Below, in pieces: positions 43,162 through 45,969 of a stretch of DNA of 45,969 nucleotides. Positions within the stretch are counted from its first letter, which is position 1. The number at the start of each line of letters is the position of its first letter. Origin of the DNA: a virus; IMG/VR virus record IMGVR_UViG_3300048861_000020, positions 1 to 45,969 of that record, one strand, 5' to 3'. Below the pieces are notes generated by a model. The model was not told where the DNA came from. It saw only the letters and a program-made list of their open reading frames with translations, and did not search any database. The translations under genes and the position numbers were made by a program.

Positions 43162-43165
43162 TCAC
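42137..43165 (-). CDS. dcm: DNA (cytosine-5) methyltransferase (frame A)
   Basis: LFAGAGGG (motif I), GGFPCQDIS (IV), ENSPML (VI), RERIWILA (VIII), C-terminal RALGNGQVP (X-like). GTG start lies 4 nt after GGAGG. Confidence 0.85.
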   Translation of the reverse strand: MNELHLFAGAGGGILAGQLRGNRCVCAVEREPYAQAVLVARQNDGTFPPFAIWDDVCTFDGRPWREIVDVVAGGFPCQDISAAGAGEGIDGERSGLWSHMARIIREVQPVRVEVENSPMLTSRGLGRVLGDLAEMGFDAEWGVVSAADTGAPHLRERIWILANARRGRCDRASGWQVEQPRRAKAERGSEALAYADSEPCGQGRTYHAAQGTRGWDADRGRVVADVSDTMRNRRRERSDQQESERRSCGAADVGNDGPQEYVADAVREREQRIVARGTYAQDREEPSERPNRPRSYGFGRWPAEPGMGRVVDGMAHRAHRIRALGNGQVPRVAAAAFTLLGR

Positions 43166-43392
43166 GCAGCCTCCGGTGTAATTCGCACGCGATAACGCTT
43201 GCCTTCATCGAGCGTCACGATGATTTCCAGATCGTTCGTGGCCACCAGATACGCGACGGCACCGTTGATGCACTGATGCGTCACGTCCTGCTTCGATGTC
43301 GCCACGCGGCCGATCTTGTCCGCTCGCGACTTGCCGATGAAGATTCGATTCGTCAGCGGCGACATCCACATTTCGAGCTTCGATGCGCTCAT
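43162..43392 (-). CDS. hypothetical protein (76 aa)
   Basis: ORF track. GTGA-coupled to the dcm start. Confidence 0.65.
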   Translation of the reverse strand: MSASKLEMWMSPLTNRIFIGKSRADKIGRVATSKQDVTHQCINGAVAYLVATNDLEIIVTLDEGKRYRVRITPEAA

Positions 43393-43577
43393 TTCGATCC
43401 TCGTGCAATAACAGCCTGTCCAATCAGAACGGTCACGCGCTCGCCGCTGACTTCCGCGACCATCGCCACAAACGCAGCGCAGGCTCGATGAAGCAGGGCG
43501 GTCGTCGGTTCCTTCGCGCGGCCGAGCGATTCGAGGGAGTCGAGCAGCGCGCAGAAGGGGTGGAGATGGCGGATCAT
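43389..43577 (-). CDS. hypothetical protein (62 aa)
   Basis: ORF track. ATGA coupling. Confidence 0.55.
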   Translation of the reverse strand: MIRHLHPFCALLDSLESLGRAKEPTTALLHRACAAFVAMVAEVSGERVTVLIGQAVIARGSK

Positions 43578-43939
43578 GAGCCGCGGCGAAGCGAAGCCAT
43601 CAGGTCATACGTCTTGGGCGCCCGCTCATACCGGTCAGGCTTCCGCCAGTTCGGCGACTCGTCGTCCATCAGCTTGCAGAGTTCGTCCCAGCGCTCGACT
43701 AGAGCGTCCCACGCGGGTGACACCTCACGCATCTTCGGAAAGGCCGCTGCGAGTTCCGGGCAGGATTCGAGCAGCAGGCGGCAGCGGCGCAGGTCAGCAG
43801 GGTCGTACGGAATGTCCGAGTGCCAGTCTCTGAGTGCGTCGATACCCGTCAGGTGGGTGAAAACCGTGTTGCTGCTGATGCCGCGCTCGCCGTGCGCAAG
43901 CCACGCCACGGCGTTGCAACTGAGGCCGGACGCGCTCAT
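43574..43939 (-). CDS. hypothetical protein (121 aa)
   Basis: ORF track. ATGA coupling. Confidence 0.65.
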   Translation of the reverse strand: MSASGLSCNAVAWLAHGERGISSNTVFTHLTGIDALRDWHSDIPYDPADLRRCRLLLESCPELAAAFPKMREVSPAWDALVERWDELCKLMDDESPNWRKPDRYERAPKTYDLMASLRRGS

Positions 43940-44454
43940 GCTTTCTCTCCGGTTGCCTCTGCTTCGCGATAGACGATCGAATGGTTTTCGCCGAGGTAGT
44001 CATGGAACGTCGCGACGGCTTCTGCGAGATTCGGATGCCGCTCCGCCATGCCACCTTCCGCTTTGCGCGGCCAGAAGCACAACAGCAGGCCGTGGAACCC
44101 GTTCGGGCGGATCTCGCAGCGAATGCGCGCTTCGTGGCACAGAAATACAAGTTTCGTCAGGCCGTTGAAGTCCCACGTCGCGAGATCGTTCTTCCAGGGG
44201 ATAGCGATGCCGTGCGCCCAGCCCTTCCATTGAATGCGGTCCCATGCGATCGGAGCGTTGTAGATTCCGCCGCCAACCATGCCAAGGATGTTGAAAACGG
44301 TCCGATGGAAGGGCGAGAGGGTGTCAGGCGCGGCGCGGTATCCCTTCGTCGTATCGCGCGGGCGCTTCAACGGGTGGTCCTTCTGCTCGACCTTCTTCGA
44401 CGCGCGAATGTCGCGCTCGACCCATCCCGCGTGGTCCATCGTCACGTAGCTCAT
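43936..44454 (-). CDS. hypothetical protein (172 aa)
   Basis: ORF track. GAGGA upstream. Confidence 0.7.
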   Translation of the reverse strand: MSYVTMDHAGWVERDIRASKKVEQKDHPLKRPRDTTKGYRAAPDTLSPFHRTVFNILGMVGGGIYNAPIAWDRIQWKGWAHGIAIPWKNDLATWDFNGLTKLVFLCHEARIRCEIRPNGFHGLLLCFWPRKAEGGMAERHPNLAEAVATFHDYLGENHSIVYREAEATGEKA

Positions 44455-44555
44455 GCTGTCCTCGTTCTTGTTCGAATCTAAGTTGATGGCGCTGCGGCAA
44501 TGCCATCTAGGAATAGGTCCCGGATTTAGAGCGCCGGGCCGCTCCCCCGTAGCAT

Positions 44556-45602
44556 TCAGGCGCCAAAGATCTCTTCTCTCCGCTCTTGATAAGCGAATTC
44601 GAGTTTGGCGAATTGGTCGGCAGGAAGGCCGCGTGCGCTATCCAGCGCCATCGCAAGCGTTTCTTCGTCACTTGCTTTCTGAATCTGAGAAAGAAGAGCG
44701 CTGTAGTCCGCCGTCATCTCTTGCTGTTGCCCGCGCTGATCCGTGATCTCGCCGGTTTGCCGGTCGATACCATCATCGTCATCTGATTCACTCGGCGTGA
44801 TGTAGTCGCCTTCGAGAACCGTGTCGAGCGCCTGCGACGTACCGCGTGCGCCGACGTCGTCGATAGCTGCTGCAGTCGCCAGTTCGATGCTGACCGGCAG
44901 ATACTTGAACAGGCGGCGCAGTACCGTCTTGCGGCCCATCTCCTCGTAGTGCTGGCCCCACACAGTCTTTTCCTTGTCGCGCGCAAACTTATAGTTCTGG
45001 CTCGCGTCGCGGATTTCGTTGACCTGCTCGGCGCTCATGACTTCGAACGCGTGGCCGCCACCGACCAGCTTCGCCACCGCGTAGAAGGCGATGACGCGGC
45101 CTCGCCCCGACATTGCAGGCTTGTGCTCGAGCTTTTCGTCGAGGCCGTAGGCGTAATCGAACGCGTCACCCTCGTGCACGGCGTGGGCGGCGATGCTCAC
45201 GACTTGACCCGACCGGCGGGCTAGATCGATCAGCCCTTTGTAGCCGATCACGATCTGCGTCTCGACCTTGTCCGTCACCCACTGATTGCCTGACTTCTTT
45301 TTCTTCTCGAAGGGGATCAGGTATGCATGACCGAGCGGCGTGTTCGGCTCAAGACCCAGCTGCGAGCACTGCACGACCGCACCCATCAGCGACTCGACCG
45401 TGCACTCCATCAGCTTCGGGGTCGTACGCAGTGCGCCGAGGGCGATCTTCAGCATGCGATCTGGGCTGACGTGCTTCGGCAGCACTGCGGCGAGCGTCGA
45501 CTTCTGCGACTCGAAGAACGTCTTAACGCTTCCGATGCCGGCGTCGCGCGCTACCATCTTCGACGTCTGTTTCAGGTTTGCAATGCTGGTGGTGTTCGCC
45601 AC
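44556..45602 (-). CDS. recT: RecT-family single-strand annealing protein
   Basis: GTG at 45602 lies 5 nt after GAGGAG and just after the exonuclease stop. LEPNTPLGHAYLIPF...IVIGYKGLIDLARRSG...WGQHYEEMGRKTVLRRL. Confidence 0.9.
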   Translation of the reverse strand: MANTTSIANLKQTSKMVARDAGIGSVKTFFESQKSTLAAVLPKHVSPDRMLKIALGALRTTPKLMECTVESLMGAVVQCSQLGLEPNTPLGHAYLIPFEKKKKSGNQWVTDKVETQIVIGYKGLIDLARRSGQVVSIAAHAVHEGDAFDYAYGLDEKLEHKPAMSGRGRVIAFYAVAKLVGGGHAFEVMSAEQVNEIRDASQNYKFARDKEKTVWGQHYEEMGRKTVLRRLFKYLPVSIELATAAAIDDVGARGTSQALDTVLEGDYITPSESDDDDGIDRQTGEITDQRGQQQEMTADYSALLSQIQKASDEETLAMALDSARGLPADQFAKLEFAYQERREEIFGA

Positions 45603-45604
45603 GT

Positions 45605-45969
45605 TCACTCCTCGGTATTGAGCGCCCATTGGGGCAATCGAATCAGGGTTATGCCGCTTGAGAAGCCCGGCCATGTGTTTGTATTCACGCATTCGGCATA
45701 CGTGCGCAGGTTTCGCTTGTAGTGGCGTCGCCCGGCTTCGAGGCTTTCCTCGTCGAGCATCATCGCGGCCGCGGCGTAAGGCCATTCGTTTCCGACGGCT
45801 AGAAAGATGAAAGCGCGGACCGACTTGCCGCTGGCCTTCTCGTAGCCGTCCGAGTAGTAGGCGGCCTGCTTCGCGTATGCCTTACGCGCGCACTGGCGAG
45901 CAAACTCGTTCGGGCTCGGATCAGAGAAGGTCTTCACGTCGAGCAAGATGACTGAGTTGCTGCTCACGT
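45605..45969 (-). CDS. RecE-like PD-(D/E)XK exonuclease, C-terminal part (continuation of 555..1)
   Basis: ILLDVKT ((D/E)xK) and QCARKAYAKQAAYY. In frame with 1-555 through the 29-bp overlap. Total about 296 aa. Confidence 0.85.
   Translation of the reverse strand, partial: VSSNSVILLDVKTFSDPSPNEFARQCARKAYAKQAAYYSDGYEKASGKSVRAFIFLAVGNEWPYAAAAMMLDEESLEAGRRHYKRNLRTYAECVNTNTWPGFSSGITLIRLPQWALNTEE
45941..45969. repeat. 29-bp terminal direct repeat (copy of 1-29)
   Basis: Exact identity with the window start. Confidence 0.95.

Larger units (their letters stand above)
1..45969. mobile_element. complete temperate tailed-phage (myovirus-type) genome, circularly closed contig
   Basis: Integrase/excisionase, CI/Cro switch, replication, terminase-to-tail-fibre morphogenesis, lysis and recombination modules are all present. 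Identical 29-bp ends. Confidence 0.9.

Noticed and set aside
40185-43491. Plus-strand ORFs of 269, 284, 328 and 171 aa
   Set aside because: They are antisense to the Lar-like, amino-MTase and C5-MTase genes, have no motifs, and are not preceded by plausible ribosome-binding sites. This differs from the same-strand +1 ORF at 42130-43161, which I kept as a finding.

Overview
The window is one complete temperate tailed-phage genome with a contractile tail. The first and last 29 bp are identical, so it is a closed circle of about 45.94 kb unique sequence. It is high-GC with Burkholderia-like, GC3-rich codon usage. The layout is lambda-like. A CI-type repressor (2369-3124, minus) faces a Cro-like gene (3206, plus) across a promoter/operator cassette, and the same cassette recurs at the leftward early promoter (about 1862-1900). 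The rightward early operon (3.2-8.25 kb) carries replication genes (an initiator with an ori-like iteron block, a lambda-P-like loader), VRR-NUC-like and HNH nucleases, DUF1367 and a Q-like antiterminator. A consensus late promoter with two intrinsic terminators follows (8227-8514). The late operon runs from 8.5 to 37.6 kb and contains, in order:
- a ParB::MTase fusion, TerS/TerL, portal, Mu-F-like protein, scaffold, decoration protein and major capsid;
- connectors, sheath, tube, and a chaperone pair with a T_TTT_TTT -1 frameshift site;
- tape measure, baseplate genes, a Gly-rich fibre and its assembly protein;
- an FkbM-methyltransferase cassette and two membrane-anchored coiled-coil proteins;
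- holin, GH19 endolysin and the two spanins;
- a second host-recognition module (a repeat-containing fibre plus a clan-GH-A-like glycosidase).

A probable attP, xis and a lambda-type int follow (37.6-39.2 kb). The leftward early operon (39.2-45.97 kb, wrapping to 1-1483) encodes a Lar-like fusion, an amino-MTase, a C5-MTase, RecT and a RecE-like exonuclease that is split by the linearisation point.

The most unusual observation is the C5-MTase locus (42130-43165). It holds two complete same-strand ORFs offset by 1 nt, and methyltransferase-type motifs appear to be divided between the two frames. Other points worth a second look:
- an antisense secreted-protein gene wedged into the baseplate cluster;
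- a secreted protein translationally coupled to cI;
- a self-contained FkbM cassette;
- a duplicated 34-bp translation-initiation leader;
- a roughly 370-nt structured leader downstream of the leftward promoter;
- a frame-broken small ORF upstream of the ParB::MTase gene.

All family names come from motif recognition by eye. No searches were run.
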